DNA from: Lama guanicoe
Taxonomy: Eukaryota
Assembly (NCBI GenBank): GCA_013239625.1
Contig: MU053754.1
Coordinates: forward strand, 1,407,966-1,471,965
Direction: 5' to 3'
Length of the DNA: 64,000 nt
The translations under genes and the position numbers were made by a program. Of the stretch, positions 12,400-25,549 are shown one piece after another (the first letter of the stretch is position 1; the number at the start of each line of letters is the position of its first letter). Under the pieces are notes generated by a model that saw nothing but the letters and a program-made list of their open reading frames with translations, did not search any database and was not told where the DNA came from.

Positions 12400-12691
12400 G
12401 GCAAGTGGTTTGACAGGGGATTTGGAGCCATTACAAATGCTTTTGTGGCCCTGGCTGGACAGTCCTGGAAAACATCCCCTATGACTTCACAGACAGTCTC
12501 AGTGAAGGAAGCAACTTGTTCCCAGCGGCGCTGGCCAACGTGATACACCATTCTTGCATCAGCATCCCTCCCTCGGTTCCTGCCTGACCCAGCTTGACCC
12601 TGGCTTCTGCCCATGGGAGTCACTCCCCCTAGTAAAGCACCTACATAAGCCTTTATCTCAGGCTCACCCTCCAAGAAATGTAAGCCACACA
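12400..12691 (+). mobile_element. LTR16-like ERVL LTR
   Basis: 3' end 'ccccctagtaaagcacctacataagcctttatctcaggctcaccctccaagaaatgtaagccacaca' resembles the LTR16 terminus. Confidence 0.55.
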
Positions 12692-12924
12692 GTCTTCATA
12701 CCACCCTTACATTACTAGGCCTACGTATCTGAGGAAGGGAAGAGGCTTCTTTCAGAACTGAAAAAATAAAAATCACAGGTAATCTCAGAAAATGGGGAAA
12801 TCAAGGTGCTCCGTTGCTCTGTATTTTTCTGTGCCCTTTTCTACTGACAGTAGTGAAGGTATTCCCCCTGAAGACATCATCTCCTTCCAAAGCACTCACT
12901 GCCTTTGACTTACAAACCTGCCGA

Positions 12925-13510
12925 GGTTTTACACATATGATTTCATATATTCCTATAATAATCCTTTTTAAAATCTCCAACTCCTATCTGCCCCTCCCTC
13001 TTCCCTCTCCCACTGGTAACCACTAGTTTGTTCTCTAGATCTCTCGGTCTCCTTCTTTTTTGTTTTATTCACTAGTTTGTTATATCTTTTAGATTCCACG
13101 TATAAGTGATATACAGTACTTGTCCTTCCCTGCCTGACTTTTTTCACTGAGCATAATGTCTTCCAAGTCCATCTATGTTGCTGCAAATGGTAAAAATTCA
13201 TTCTTTTTATGGCTGAGTAATATTCCATTGTATATATACACTACTTCTTCTTTATTCATTCATCTGCTGATGGACACTTAGGTCGCTTCCATATTTTGGT
13301 TATTGTAAATAATGCTTCTATGAATACTAGCGTGCATGTATCTTTTCAAATTAATGTTTTTGTTCCTTTCAGACATATAACTAGGAGTGGAATTGTTGGG
13401 TCATATGGTAGGTAGTTCTATTTTTAGTTTTTCTGAGGAAACTCTGTACTGTTTTCCACAGTGGCTGCAACAATTTACATTCCCACCAACAGTCTATGAG
13501 GGTTCCCTAT
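12925..13510 (-). mobile_element. L1 ORF2 end + 3' UTR fragment
   Basis: ORF 12968-13228 gives MEYYSAIKR... (translated L1 3' region); 'ttccacagtggctgcaacaatttacattcccaccaacagt' is a standard L1 motif. Confidence 0.9.
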
Positions 13511-13702
13511 AAGAGAGAAAATCTTAAACATTCTCACCACCAAAGAGAAGTGGTCAGTATGTGACATGATGGAGGTGTCAGCTAACCCACAATGACAGTC
13601 ACACCACCTGCAGTACATGTGTATCCAATCAATTTAAGTTTGTACATCTTAGACTCACACAATATTATGTCAATTACATCTCAATACAGCTGGAAAAAAT
13701 AA
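13511..13702 (+). mobile_element. L1MA9/10-like 3' terminus
   Basis: 'agagaaaatcttaaacattctcaccacc...gtgacatgatggaggtgtcagctaac...gtcaattacatctcaatacagctggaaaaaa'. Confidence 0.8.
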
Positions 13703-14974
13703 TTTATGCCTGTCAGTAGTGGGACTTTTTATCAGAGTGAACACCTGCTTTGCACCCCTGCTCTAGGGATGAGCTCGTGTGGAGGCATCCGACAACTGTC
13801 ACAAGACAAGATTTCTCCGACAACTGACACTAAAGCCAACAGACTGGGGCCTCAGCTCCACTCCTCTGACTGAGAAGCAGAAATAAAGTAATTGACCTGC
13901 TGGAGGAACACACCCTCTAGCCTGGACGCCTTCCCCTGTGTTCAAATGCCTTCCTGCACACAGCACCAAATTCAGACAGCGGTAACTAAACCACTCTCGC
14001 AGACCCCTCTGACCTTCCTTGTCGGCATCAATTTTAACTTTTCTTCCTGCCTTCAGCCCTGTTCTGTAAAGCAATGAATAGAACTAAGTGTCTCTTTAGG
14101 ACATTTTTATTGCAGCATATTTTTCCTGCCTCCTGCCATCTTATTATGTTATCTCGCCAAATGCCAGAGAAACATGAAACAGATGTTCCAAACAGGAGAC
14201 ACCAGGAAGGGAATTTCCCTCTCAGCAACTACAACAAGGAAGCGCTCAGAACTCCACTTTGCCGTCATTTGTCAAGTCTGGAGCCCTGAACGTACAGGGC
14301 AGTGACAGGCTGGTGTACAAATGCAGGGCTATATTTACCTCTGTGCAGGATGTGGAATGAAAAAAAAATTGCCTTGGCAGTTAAATAAAAAAAGGAAACT
14401 GGAGGTCATATGTCTCTAATTATAAATGCTTTGAGGTAATATCCCAATGTATTTGTAAAAATGGAGAAAAAAAGATTTGCAAAAAGTTATTTGGAATTAA
14501 GTATACATTTTTACAAATAAATATTCTTTTCTTGGATGGTATGGGTGGGATGCATTTCAATGGAGTCTTCTATGTGACACACTGAGCTCTGCATTTTCCA
14601 TACTGATATACACAAAAAGTCCCACCTTACAATATGTGAAGAAAAAAATGCGAATGAGGATAAAAATTAGGAGCAGAAAACAGGAATTTACAAAATCCTG
14701 TCTGGTTCACTAAATATATTTAACGACAGAGCTATTAAATTATTTGTAACCTCAGGGAACTTGATCCCTGTTCGTAGAAATATAAACAGGAATAATTAAC
14801 AATATCGCTCTCAGGCTTCCATTTCAGGAAAGGAGACTTAGAACATATTTTTTTATTGTCTCTCTCTTATAGCCTTTTAAATTGACGGTAAATGAGTGAT
14901 TGAAATAACAAATCCACAAACAAAAACTTTAAGGTATGAAGCTATTAATGGATGTGCAATTTCAGCAAGATTGT

Positions 14975-15179
14975 AGATCAGGACTACTGACATGTGGGGC
15001 TGGATACCTGTGTGGCGGGGTGTCCTGTGCACTGCAGGGGGTCTAGCAGCATCCCTGCCCTCTACCCACTAGATGCTAGGAGCATCTTCCCCTCACCCCC
15101 AATTACAATAATCGAAACATCTCTCCAGACATTGTCAGGTATCCCCTGGGGGCACCATCGCCCTGCTTTAGAACCACTG
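14975..15179 (-). mobile_element. MER20 (hAT-Charlie MITE)
   Basis: 'gtcctgtgcactgcagggggtctagcagcatccctgccctctacccactagatgc...ccagacattgtc...agaaccactg'. Confidence 0.88.
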
Positions 15180-15509
15180 GTCTAAAGACAGAGAGCAAAT
15201 GGAGAAATATTCAACTACACAGCTGAGCAGAGCAAACTGCAGCCCAGAAGATCTGTAGATGCACGATGACACAGGAGACAGACCAGCCGTGTGTCACAGC
15301 ATGGAAGAGAGTCCCAACAAGGACGCTACAGAACAAGACAAGATCCAAGGAGGAAAGGAGGGAATGGCAGCAAACCCAGGACGGAGTGCAGGTCTGCAGA
15401 CACAACAGGGGAGTAAGCACACACACACGTGCACGTGCACACACGTCCCCTCACACACACCCTGACGTATGCATGCACACACATTCGTGTACACACTCAC
15501 TCTGTCACA

Positions 15510-15512
<3 letters not shown>

Positions 15513-15542
<30 letters not shown>
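15513..15542. repeat. (AC)15 microsatellite within a CA-rich tract (15415-15545)
   Basis: Read directly. Confidence 0.95.
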
Positions 15543-15544
<2 letters not shown>

Positions 15545-15559
15545 CAAGCAGAGAAGCAT

Positions 15560-16560
15560 GCAGCAAACATATCCTTTCCTGAGGGGAGAGTATGCTTTCC
15601 ACAAAACTGAATAAAGAACTCTGTCAGCTACGCTCAGTATCAAAATTCCAGCGCTGGAACACCTGCCAACCCACACTGAAACCTGCCAGCCAACGAGTCC
15701 CTTCCACGCGCAGGGGGCCCTCGGACTCCTCTCTATTGCATAATAGGTTGAGCAAGAATCAGGGGGCATTTGAGGAAAGCCTGGATTATAAAAGAGAAAC
15801 ACTAAGATAAAGAGAAAAACTGAACAAAACAGAAATGAAGATAAATGAGGAGGGAGGAATAAACAGAAAAATAATACACTTAACATGCTCAGACACATTT
15901 AAGAAGACATTTCACTCAAAACAAAAATCAGAATCCTGCCAATAAGAAAGAAAATTTGTAAAATCAGAAAATAAGATGACACTGGGAAATTAAGAACATG
16001 AGAGCCAAAATGATAAGATGAGTCCAGAAGATGAAGCTAATAGGAGTTCCTAGTCAATAACAGGAAACAGAAAAGGATGTTTTCAAAGAAATACATTTTT
16101 TTAAGTTTCCCAGAACTGAAGGAGCAAGTGCATCCAAAGGGGCTCATGAGGCACTGAAGAGACACGTAAATGATCTCCACCCAGCACATCTCTGAGAAAT
16201 GCCAGAAGTGATGATCTAATATGGCATGTTAAGTACAAGGAGCAGTATCTTCAAAGTTCTGATTTAGGGGAAAACAATTCCATGCAGTCAAATCGGTAAT
16301 GAGGTGTGAAAACAGAATAAAGAAATGCTCAGATGTATAAGAACACACCATACGTCCCATGCAACCCTAGTTAGGAAGGGATGTGTCAGTAAACCAAGGA
16401 GGAAAAAGAAAAAGGATCCAGGAAACACAGCACCTACTCATAAGAACCCAGAAAGGATGTCCCAGGTGAGCCACTGGGACATTTGTCTTAAGGAGCAAAG
16501 AGGCTGAGGCAGGAGGATAAGTGAGATCTTAGAGGACAAAACATGGACACAGCACCCTCG
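15560..16560 (+). mobile_element. HAL1-like ancient LINE relic
   Basis: A-rich degenerate ORF1-like sequence: 'gcatttgaggaaagcc', 'tttcccagaactgaagg', 'tcttcaaagttctga', 'aggatccaggaaacacag'. Confidence 0.5.
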
Positions 16561-18159
16561 AGAGAACAGCCTAGGGATGTGACAAGGACCAAGAAGGCAA
16601 GGACAGACGCTGCGTGGGAAGTAAAGGTGGGACAACATAACAGGGGACCCTCCCCAATGGCTGGCTCCCTCCCCACTGCCGGGGCTGAGCCTGTGGGGCT
16701 GGAGAGGACATGTTCACTTGGGTGAGAGACAGCAGTTTTGCCGCCAGATGCTAACACCTGATTTATGTCTGCTCAGTGCAACAGCTGTGGGGTGACCAGG
16801 AGTGGGTGAGAAATTCAGGGCAGGAACCAGAGAGAAATAAAGTTGGATTCTAACTGCATCATGCTGAAATCAACTCATCCAACGAAGCGACTACATTTAC
16901 AAACCTTAAAAACTGCTCTTCTCATTCGCCTGTGTACATCCCTCTGTGGCCTCCTCTTTATGATGAGGCCCTGCTATTCGAATTAGAGCATCTTCTGGGA
17001 ACTTGGTGTAAAAGTATATTTTCTGGCCCCAGCCCAGAACTACTAAAAAAGAAACTACATAGTGTAGTGTCAAAATTGGATTCGGGTCTGCCAGGAGGAA
17101 TCCTTAATAAATGCAAGCTTCTCAAAGGTCTGCGTCTTTGGTAACTTGTTATGCAGCACTACATAACTAACAAAACAAGCTGATAAATATGTACAGGAAA
17201 GATGAACAAGAAGCAGTGAGCAGGACCAGAAGTAAAGTATATTATCGACCCTCAGAGCAAGAAGCCAGCGGACAGTGTCTATCTGTAATATCTAGAATAA
17301 GGATTCTAAAAATACTGTTTTAGATACGGAGTAATCACGAAGTAGCAAAAGCTTCTGAACAGGAAAGGAGGGCACGTGGACTGTGTCGTTTCATCATAAA
17401 CACTTCATTACCCTTTGAGATTTTGACTATATCATAAAAATTCTACATGTTAATTTAGCATTGACAGATCAACTGAATCTTAAAATTGAGAGATATCTTA
17501 AAGGTTTTCTGGCCCAACAGCCCAGTCAAAACAGGAATCTATACTCCTTCTTTTCTTGCGTTTGGCTTAGCCACCTGGGTGGTCATTCCAACCCACAGCA
17601 CAGTCCATTCTACTGAGAGACGCAGCTTGTTGTTAGGAAGTGCCCTGAGGCTGAATCCAAAGACCGTGTCCACGAAGGTTTCAAGCAGAACTCCCAGTTG
17701 CGCCTTCTGAAGCAGAAGGAATCCATCTCCTCTCACCGCCAAATGCCAACTTTCAAATCATGGACAATATCTGTCACGCCTCCTGCTAAATATTCTTCAG
17801 GATAAAAGCCCCAGTACATTCAGCTGTCCTCCAGAGGACACGATACGCCCAGTTTCCTTCCGGCAACATCCGTTACCCCTAACATTTCTTAGCTGGCTAG
17901 TGACTTTGAAGTTGACTCCACAACCCTCCAGGAACGGCTTGATAAGGTGAGGGGGTGACCTGCGGATCTGCCCACATGAAAGCCTGTCATAGTCAGTGTC
18001 CGGCCACAATTAAACTCCTCAGGGCCTTTTCTCATGAACTTCTCTGTTCAATGAACACTCCCTAAACATGCTCTATTTTTAAACACAATAGCAAACATGG
18101 CATTTTCCCCCAATACATTTCATCTGGCTTCTTTCAATTACTTGAGGATTTTTAAAAAT

Positions 18160-18373
18160 TTAACAAATACTTACAGAGAGCTTCTTAGCTGCCAGACTCC
18201 AAGCCTTTCAAAATATTAAATCACTTGATCTTCATAACAACCCCATGCAGTAGGTGCTAATATTATCAACATTTTACAGACAAATGTGATGTTAAGTAAT
18301 GTGCCAAGATCCCTCAGCAGCCAGGACTGAAATTTCAACCTCAGCAGGCATGCTCTAGACCAGATTCAGTCTC
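18160..18373 (-). mobile_element. MIR SINE (its end continues at ~20001-20030 after the L1)
   Basis: 'gatcttcataacaaccccatgcagtaggtgctaatattatcaacattttacaga...gttaagtaatgtgccaagatc'. Confidence 0.75.
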
Positions 18374-20000
18374 TTTTTTTTTTTTTTAACTATAGTTGAT
18401 TGACAATGTTCTGTTAGCTTCTGGAGTACAGCATAGTGATTCAGTTATATATATAATATATATATTCTTTTTTATTATAGGTTATTATAAGATATTGAAT
18501 ACAGTTCCATGTGCACTACAGTAGGACCTTGTTGTTTATCTATTTTATATACAGTCGTTTGTATATGCTAATCCCAAACTCCTAGTTTATCCCTCTCCAC
18601 CTCCCTACACCTTGGGTAACCATAAGTGATACCATATAATATTTGTCTTTCTTTGTCTGACTTACTTCACTTAGTATGATAATCTCTAGGTTCATTCATG
18701 TTGCTACAAATGATATTATTTCATCCTTTTGTATGGCTGAATAGTATTCCATTATGTGTGTGCGTACCACATCTTCTTTATCCAGTCATCTGTTGATGGA
18801 CATTTAGGTTGTTTCCATGTCTTGGGTATTGTAAATAGTGCTTCTGTGAACACTGGGGTGCTCATATCTTTTAGAATTAGAGTTTTCTCTGGATATACGT
18901 CCAGAAGTGAGATCACTGGATCATATGGTAACTCTATTTTTAGTTTTTTTTATTGAGTTATAGTCAGTTTACAATGTTGTGTCAATTTCCAGTGTAGAGC
19001 ACAATTTTTCAGTTATACATGAACATACATACATTGTCACATTCTTTTTCACTGTGAGCTACCACAAGATCTTGTACATATTGCCCTGTGCTATATGGTA
19101 TAATCTTGATTATCTATTCTACATATGCCTGTCAGTATCTACAAATTCCAAACTCCCAGTCTGTCCCTTCCCATCCCATTCCCCTATTAGTTTTTTAAGG
19201 AACCTCCATACTGTTTTCCATAATGGCTACATCAGTTTACATTCCTACCAACAGTGTAGGAGGGTTCCCTTCTTTCCACACTCTCTCCAGCCCTTATCAT
19301 TTGTGGAATTTTTAATGATGGCCATTCTGACTGGTGGCCTAAGAAAATGCCGCTACGATTTATGTCAGAAAATGTCTTGTCTGTGATCTCTTCTAGGAGG
19401 TTTATGGTGTCACATCTCACATTTAAGTCTTAAAGTCATTTTGAGTTTTTTTGTGCATGTGGGAAGGAGTGTTCTAACTTCATTGATTTACATGTAGCTG
19501 TCCAACTTTCCCAACACCACTTGCTGAAGAGACTGTCTTTACTCCATTGTCTATTCTTGCCTCCTTTATTGAAGATTAATTGATCGTAGGTGTGTGAGTT
19601 TATTCCTGGGCTCTCTATTCGGTTCCATTGATCCATATGTCTGTTTCTGTGCCAGTACCACACTGTTTTGATTACTGTAGCTCTGTAGTATTGTCTGAAG
19701 TCTGGGAGGGTTATGTCTCCAGCTTTGTTCTTTTTCCCCAAGATTGCTTTGAAAGTTCTGGATCTTTTTTTTGGTTCCATATAAATTTTAGGATTATTTG
19801 TTCTGGTTGTGTGAAAATGTCCTGGGTAATTTGATAGGGATCACATTAAATCTGTAGATTGCTTTGGGTAGTATGGCCATTTTAACAATATTAACTCTTC
19901 TAATCCAAGAGCATAGGATATCTTTCCATTTCTTTGTATCATTTTCAGTTTCCTTTATCAATGTTTTATAGTTCTCAGCATATAAGTCTTTCACGTCCCT
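18374..20000 (-). mobile_element. 5'-truncated L1 (about 1.4 kb of ORF2 3' half + 3' UTR, plus a nested insert)
   Basis: ORFs 19436-19780 ([28 protein letters not shown]...[11 protein letters not shown]) and 19794-20009 ([14 protein letters not shown]...WKDILCSWI...[11 protein letters not shown]) are L1 ORF2; poly-T at 18374; frameshifted, with an internal deletion near 19335. Confidence 0.95.
18950..19186 (-). mobile_element. Younger L1 3' end nested in the L1 above
   Basis: Second 3' terminus 'tattgagttatagtcagtttacaatgttgtgtcaatttccagtgtagagc'; flanked by 'ttagtttttt' at 18940-18949 and 19187-19196. Confidence 0.88.
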
Positions 20001-20334
20001 GTAGACCATATTCTCTTAATGACTGCACTCAGCCTCAGAGAGCTGTCTGAATCCTGATTCTGCCACCCTGTGTAGGTGCCACCCTTCCCACCTTGGTGTT
20101 TCCTACACATCTGACAAGCAGGTCTTCCATGCTTGCCTCCAAAATGCTAAGAAACATTGAGAAGGATGATATCAGGGAAGACTCTTTTATGAGAACAAAT
20201 CTAATGCAAAGCTAAGAAGACCCAACTAACACCCCACCAGGGAGAATTTTCTCATCCTCTGCAAGCTTTCAGGGTCCCTGAAGTCCTAGGGAATGTAACT
20301 GCACTGAGTTATGAGATGTAGGGATAGTCTAGAC

Positions 20335-20555
20335 CAGCTTGGAGGTGATTCCCCTCTCTCCTCCATGAGACATTTGGCAAAGTCTGAAGACAATTCTGGT
20401 TGTTACAGCTTGGGTGGGGTATGAGAGAAGTGCTACTGCCCTCCAGAGAGTAGAGACCAGGGACTCTATGAAACATCCTACAACACACAGGACAGCACCC
20501 TCCACAACAAATGACCAGCCCAAAATGTCAGCAGTGCCAAGGTTGAGAAACCCTG
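20335..20555 (+). mobile_element. MER20 with intact 8-bp TSD
   Basis: MER20 body ends 'ggttgagaaaccctg'; TSD GTCTAGAC at 20327-20334 and 20556-20563. Confidence 0.92.
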
Positions 20556-21519
20556 GTCTAGACGACCGACTCATAAAGTCAAAACCAATCATGAGTTTTG
20601 ACATAGTGGACTAACTGAGGAAAAGGTCCATGTGAATTAGTGAAATACATCTTTCACTGAAATTTCTACATGCTGGCATGGTGGAATGATCAACATATTG
20701 GAATCAGGTGTCTCGTCTACCAGACTTCCCCAAGCTCCAGTTTATAATCTGCAACAATAAGGTGTTCTTGGCTTGCTTTCCATTCTAAAATGTCATCAAC
20801 TGCAGCTTCATTATTTTTCAAATATGTGGAGTCAGCAGAGTATTTTTAACACAAGCAGTTGCTCCAAAATGCTCAGCATTAACGACTAATTAAGAGCACT
20901 ATACAATTATCATTTTGAAGCGTCAGCCTAATTCCTCGGGTCTGCTTGTTTGCATTTTTCTTACAATGTTTTCATGTAAACTAACTTCTGATTTATTCTC
21001 TTTAACAGATAAACTTCAAATGGTATTTCACTATGTGTTTTCTTAGTATGTCTATACTTTCACAAACAGCACAAAGATGATTTATTTGTTTGCAAACTGA
21101 GCACCTAGCAGAATGTCACCAAGTAATTACTACTCTTTAATTATGTTCGATGTTTTTTTCATAATGTTTGTAAGAAATTGAAGCGTGTTTCTTAGATATC
21201 TAATTTCTACCACTATTTCTTGGCTAAAATAATGTAAATACTAAAGAGGTAAGGAAAGAATCCATAAATCTTTTACTTCCCTACAACCACCTTAAATACA
21301 TTTGAGATGACTCAGAAATCCCCAAATCCTCTACGCCACCCAAGTTACAATTACAAACCAGTGGCCAGTGACCTTCATTTTTTCTAATTCTTAGTGGCTA
21401 GAGGACATTGCCTTAAGAATCACTCTGTCACATGGTGACTGAAAAAGGAACTCTGTATTTTATTTTCCCCAACATCCTCTAAGAAAGTATTATGGAGCAT
21501 CACAGAATCATGATAATAT

Positions 21520-22055
21520 AAATGTCTTCCAGTCAAAGACCAGTCAGGAAAACAATTGCAACTGATCAGAATTGGATTTACTGATTCATTGCAACCAGGG
21601 AGATGACATATCTTGGGGACTCCTGGACATCTCAGTGAGGTGTTAGAAAGACATTACAGAATGTGGGCTTGCATTAGGTGATCTGAGAGAGGATTCAAGA
21701 AAGTGGGACTTTGAACTGGGTGGTGTCAGAAAACAGAGGTAATTATATCACTGGGCATCTTGATGAAGCTGTCTAGAAAACAGGAAGTGATACTGAAGCT
21801 GTAATTAGTAAAGCAGCAGCAGTCATTCATATTAACCAGGAAAGTGGGATGTTTGGTCATTTTGTGGTTTGGAGAATGTTTGTGTTTCTGTCCACGTTCC
21901 GACATGATTATGGAGCAATCTTGTTTTTTCCCTTGACCATTGCGGTTTTAGAGTGGCCTTATCTGCCATCAGTAATTCTGTGAAATTGTTTCTTTTCAGC
22001 AACAGAACACCAAGACCCAGCTCCCAGCTGCGAGCGGCCGCTCTTCTCATTCTCA
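21520..22055 (-). mobile_element. Solo ERV1-class LTR (MER90-like)
   Basis: Minus strand reads 'tgagaatgaga...aaacaatttcacagaa...ccacaaaatgaccaaacatccc...tgactgctgctgctttactaattacagctt...ggtctttgactgga', close to the recalled MER90a consensus. Confidence 0.7.
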
Positions 22056-23094
22056 GTGGGAACATGAGCCCCAGTTGCACCTAAGGGGAGAGTTGGTCTC
22101 CTGACATGTAAATCCACAAAGAGCGTGCTTCCTCTGGCTGGCACGGAGCCACCCTCCATGGAGGCTCCTAGGAGAAAAGTCATTTGGAGACCTATGTCAT
22201 TCAAAGATTTACACTCTATCCTTAAGTTGATTCTTTCCTCCTGAAAGCTGAATTTCTCATCTGGCTCCATTTCCTGCAGTGAGTAGTGACTCCACGGAGA
22301 GAGGCATCAGATTCAAACCTCTAACGGAGGCACCATCCTATTAAGGGAAATGTAAGTCAGGTCTTGGAGGTTCCCTGCTCTGCCCAACTCTAGTCCTTCA
22401 GAGGTCGGGTTTTAGGGAGTCTGAGGTACCCAGAGAAGAGCGGGGCTATGGGAGGGCACGCGAGAGCTGGGAGCAGTAGTTATTACCAACTCATGCATGG
22501 ATGCGTCAATAATTCAACAATGTGTTCTGGCACATACCTCTGTGCATCCCATCAGCTTCTCTTGGAGGTCAATAAAACCTCCACCTTTAAGACCTTCTGG
22601 CATCGAGAACGACAAGAAAAGTTTTATCTCTACTTTGTAAAAGAATGGGCCCACTCAAGCAGACAAGCCTTTGCATTGTGTTTGCTCCTTATGTAATTTC
22701 CTTCCCAACAGTCAGTTTAAATGTTTTAAAGAATGAGAACAAGAAAGAAATTATTTGTGGATGTGTTTGAGATTGTAAAGTTCTCTTTCACCCACAAGGA
22801 TATATTTAATTTTTTTCTAAGAAATAATGTTTCCAGTCATGACTAAATGCACAGAAAATACAGTTATATTTGCTAACTTAGAGACCAGTAAATTGGTTAA
22901 TACTTACTTAATTTAGTCAAATAGCTACCTAGACATCAACCAACCCACCATAAAGCTTTTCTCCTTTTGGCAAAATACACAATTGATTTTTTAAAAATTA
23001 ATATTAGGCTATTAATTACTTTAATGGTTTGATTTTTTTAATTTAAAATTAGTATTGTCATTGGATAAATCTAAACAAAAAATTTCCTTTTTTC

Positions 23095-23158
23095 CTTTTT
23101 TTTATTATTTAAATTGAAGTACAGTCAATTTATGGCACTGTGTTAGTTTCTGGTGTAG
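23095..23158 (-). mobile_element. Very short L1 3' tip
   Basis: 'ttattatttaaattgaagtacagtcaattta...gttagtttctggtgtag' after a T-rich tail. Confidence 0.7.
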
Positions 23159-23399
23159 AAAACAAAGTATTTCTTAAATGTGGATTGCTCTGAACAACTA
23201 GCTACAGTTAAGCAATTATTTACTAGGTTAAGAAACTAATTTCTGAGTTCATATTTATCAATGAATTCATACCAGCAGAGTTAAAGTTCATCCTACTTAC
23301 ACATCAGACTGTGGGGATAAAGGACTTCTTAGGAATTTATGCTGCCATAACCTTTTGAAATATTAAGAATTTCTGCTAGAGACTTAACTTTTTATTCTG

Positions 23400-23955
23400 A
23401 AGGAGTGTAAAATTCACAAAAGACTCACAAGGAGCCTAAAAAGCACTCCATGTACCGTCAGCAAATTCACCAACTGAAAACATTTCACTCCATTTGCTTG
23501 TTATTTGAGGGAGTGTTTTCTGAACCATCCATTTGAAAGTGAAGTGTGGACATCACACCCTTTAACCCTAAATCCTGCAGCACACGCTTCCTAAGAACGT
23601 GCTCATCAAACTGACGAATTTAAGGCTGATGTACTATTATCATCACATTCAGATCTCACCCATTTTTCCGATCACATTTTTATGGAAAGCTTTTCCCTGA
23701 TCCACGTTGCATTCAGTTTTCACGTCTCATTTCTTTGTCTTGAACGACACTAGCACTTTCCATAAGTACAGGCCAGGCGTTTTGAAGAATGCGCTCAGAT
23801 TGCGCTGGCCTGATGCTTTCTCCTGATTAGATTCAGGTGAGGCATTTGGGAGGCAGAAATGCCAGATGTAAGCTGTGTCCATGCCATTTTGTCCTACCGT
23901 TGGTGGCGATAACAAATAAGAATTTTCTTTTAAGCAGGTTCCTTCATGTTTCCTC
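23400..23955 (-). mobile_element. L1MC4-like 3' region
   Basis: 'catttgaaagtgaagtgtggacatcac...cacgttgcattcagttttcacgtctc...tgattagattcaggtgaggcattt'. Confidence 0.65.
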
Positions 23956-25138
23956 TGGCCTGCTCTGTGAATTCAGACCCTTGTTGACTGCACAAACAAA
24001 AGAGTGCCTTGCATGCTTTGTGGCGACTCCCTCTTTAAGATCTATGCCTCTATTACATTTCTCTTCCACTCCCCTGGAACAAGTCGGTTCTGCCCATTTA
24101 TTTTTATTTCCCTTGAATAAAATGGGAACGGATAAACAGATTGACGCAGATGGTTGTCAGTATGGTGATGATTACAACTGAGAACAGGTCTACAAAAATA
24201 TCCAACTCGCTAAATTTTCCATAGGAAAGCCTGCCTATGCCCAACATGCCAAAAGCAATTGGGTTTAGACGATATTTTTAGAAATTGATTATCTTAGCTT
24301 ATTTCTGAGAGCAGACTAGCTGCCACAATGGAATACACATTAAACAATGCTTTAAGGACCTCAAATTTAGAGCCAACTGAACTAAAAATGGAAACCAAAA
24401 CTCTGCCCATAGATAGTCATTTTATAAAGACCAACGAGAGAATCTTGGGACCGTGGAGTTGTTTGGCTCTCTGCTCTCCAACCCCTTGTAGAATGACTGA
24501 ACTGAAATTTCTCCCCAGGATTTTTTTTTTATGCCCTTGCCTAAATATCTCCCACCAGAAAGGAATCTTCACATTTCCATTGGAAATTGCTTCTAGAGTC
24601 TTAGGACACCTCTAGGCATGAGCATTTAATTGCAGGTAGGGCACCTGAAATCTCTCCCTTTGTATTTTTTCTAGTCCCAACATGAGAAGAAGTAAGAACA
24701 ATCGGCCATTCCTAAAACTCAGTTGTGGGTGGGAGCATTTGGTGGGGGAGGGAGGCAGAGGTCAGAGGGTGAATTTTTATTTAGAGGAATTTTCTTTAAT
24801 CTCTACATAACTCTCCTACAAACCTCTGGATCCTCTACTATAATCTTCATGAGTATTGTCTTCCTAGATCCTAACAGAGTTGGACACATTGTACTTTTAT
24901 CAATACACACGGTTAAATGAATGTACAAATGAATAAATGCCTTATTTTGAATTCTAACAGTATTCTTTGTGGTCACTCAAATTACAACCTTGTTATCATA
25001 TGGCATTAAAATACTCATTTTTCCCTTTTGTCAATACATTATTTATTCTACAATCAATCTGGGCAATACACAGATGATATTAAGCATACGATCTGCCCAG
25101 TGACTGGCTGAATTACAGATCAGTGTTCTAGTATTCCA

Positions 25139-25482
25139 GTGTATTGGTTAGCCCCTGCTGTATAAAAAGCATCCATAGATTTTCAGCAGCATACAATAAT
25201 AAACATTTCTTAGTTCACAGGTCTGTGTGCTACCTAAGAGTTGGTTGATCTAGGGTGGATTCAGGGAGGGGTTCTGCTGAATTTGGCTGGACACGTTCAC
25301 AAGTCCAGGAGTCAGCTGGCCCAAGCTTGTTCCTTCAAGCCTCACTACATCATGTCCACTAATACCCCACTGGACAGAGCAAGTCACATGGCCAATACAG
25401 CACCAACAGGATGGGCAAGTATGTTCTCCCAACGAAAGCAAAGGGAGTGATTATATGTGGGAAATAACCTAAACTATAACAC
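25139..25482 (-). mobile_element. MaLR LTR (MLT1H/I-like)
   Basis: 'gtgtattggttagcccctgctgtataaaaagcatcc...ccactggacagagcaagtcacatggccaa'. Confidence 0.65.
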
Positions 25483-25549
25483 CCTCACAACACACAAACT
25501 AGTTCCCAGTTTTTTTTTTCCTGCTTGTGAACTACAAAAATAAACTTTG

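Noticed and set aside
15211..15898. Stack of overlapping ORFs on both strands
   Set aside because: Produced by CA-rich low-complexity sequence and HAL1-like sequence (HTHT/CVCV translations).
19436..20009. Reverse-transcriptase-related ORFs as a functional gene
   Set aside because: Frameshifted, 5'-truncated L1 ORF2 remnants; the same applies to 3212-3499 and 43558-43908.
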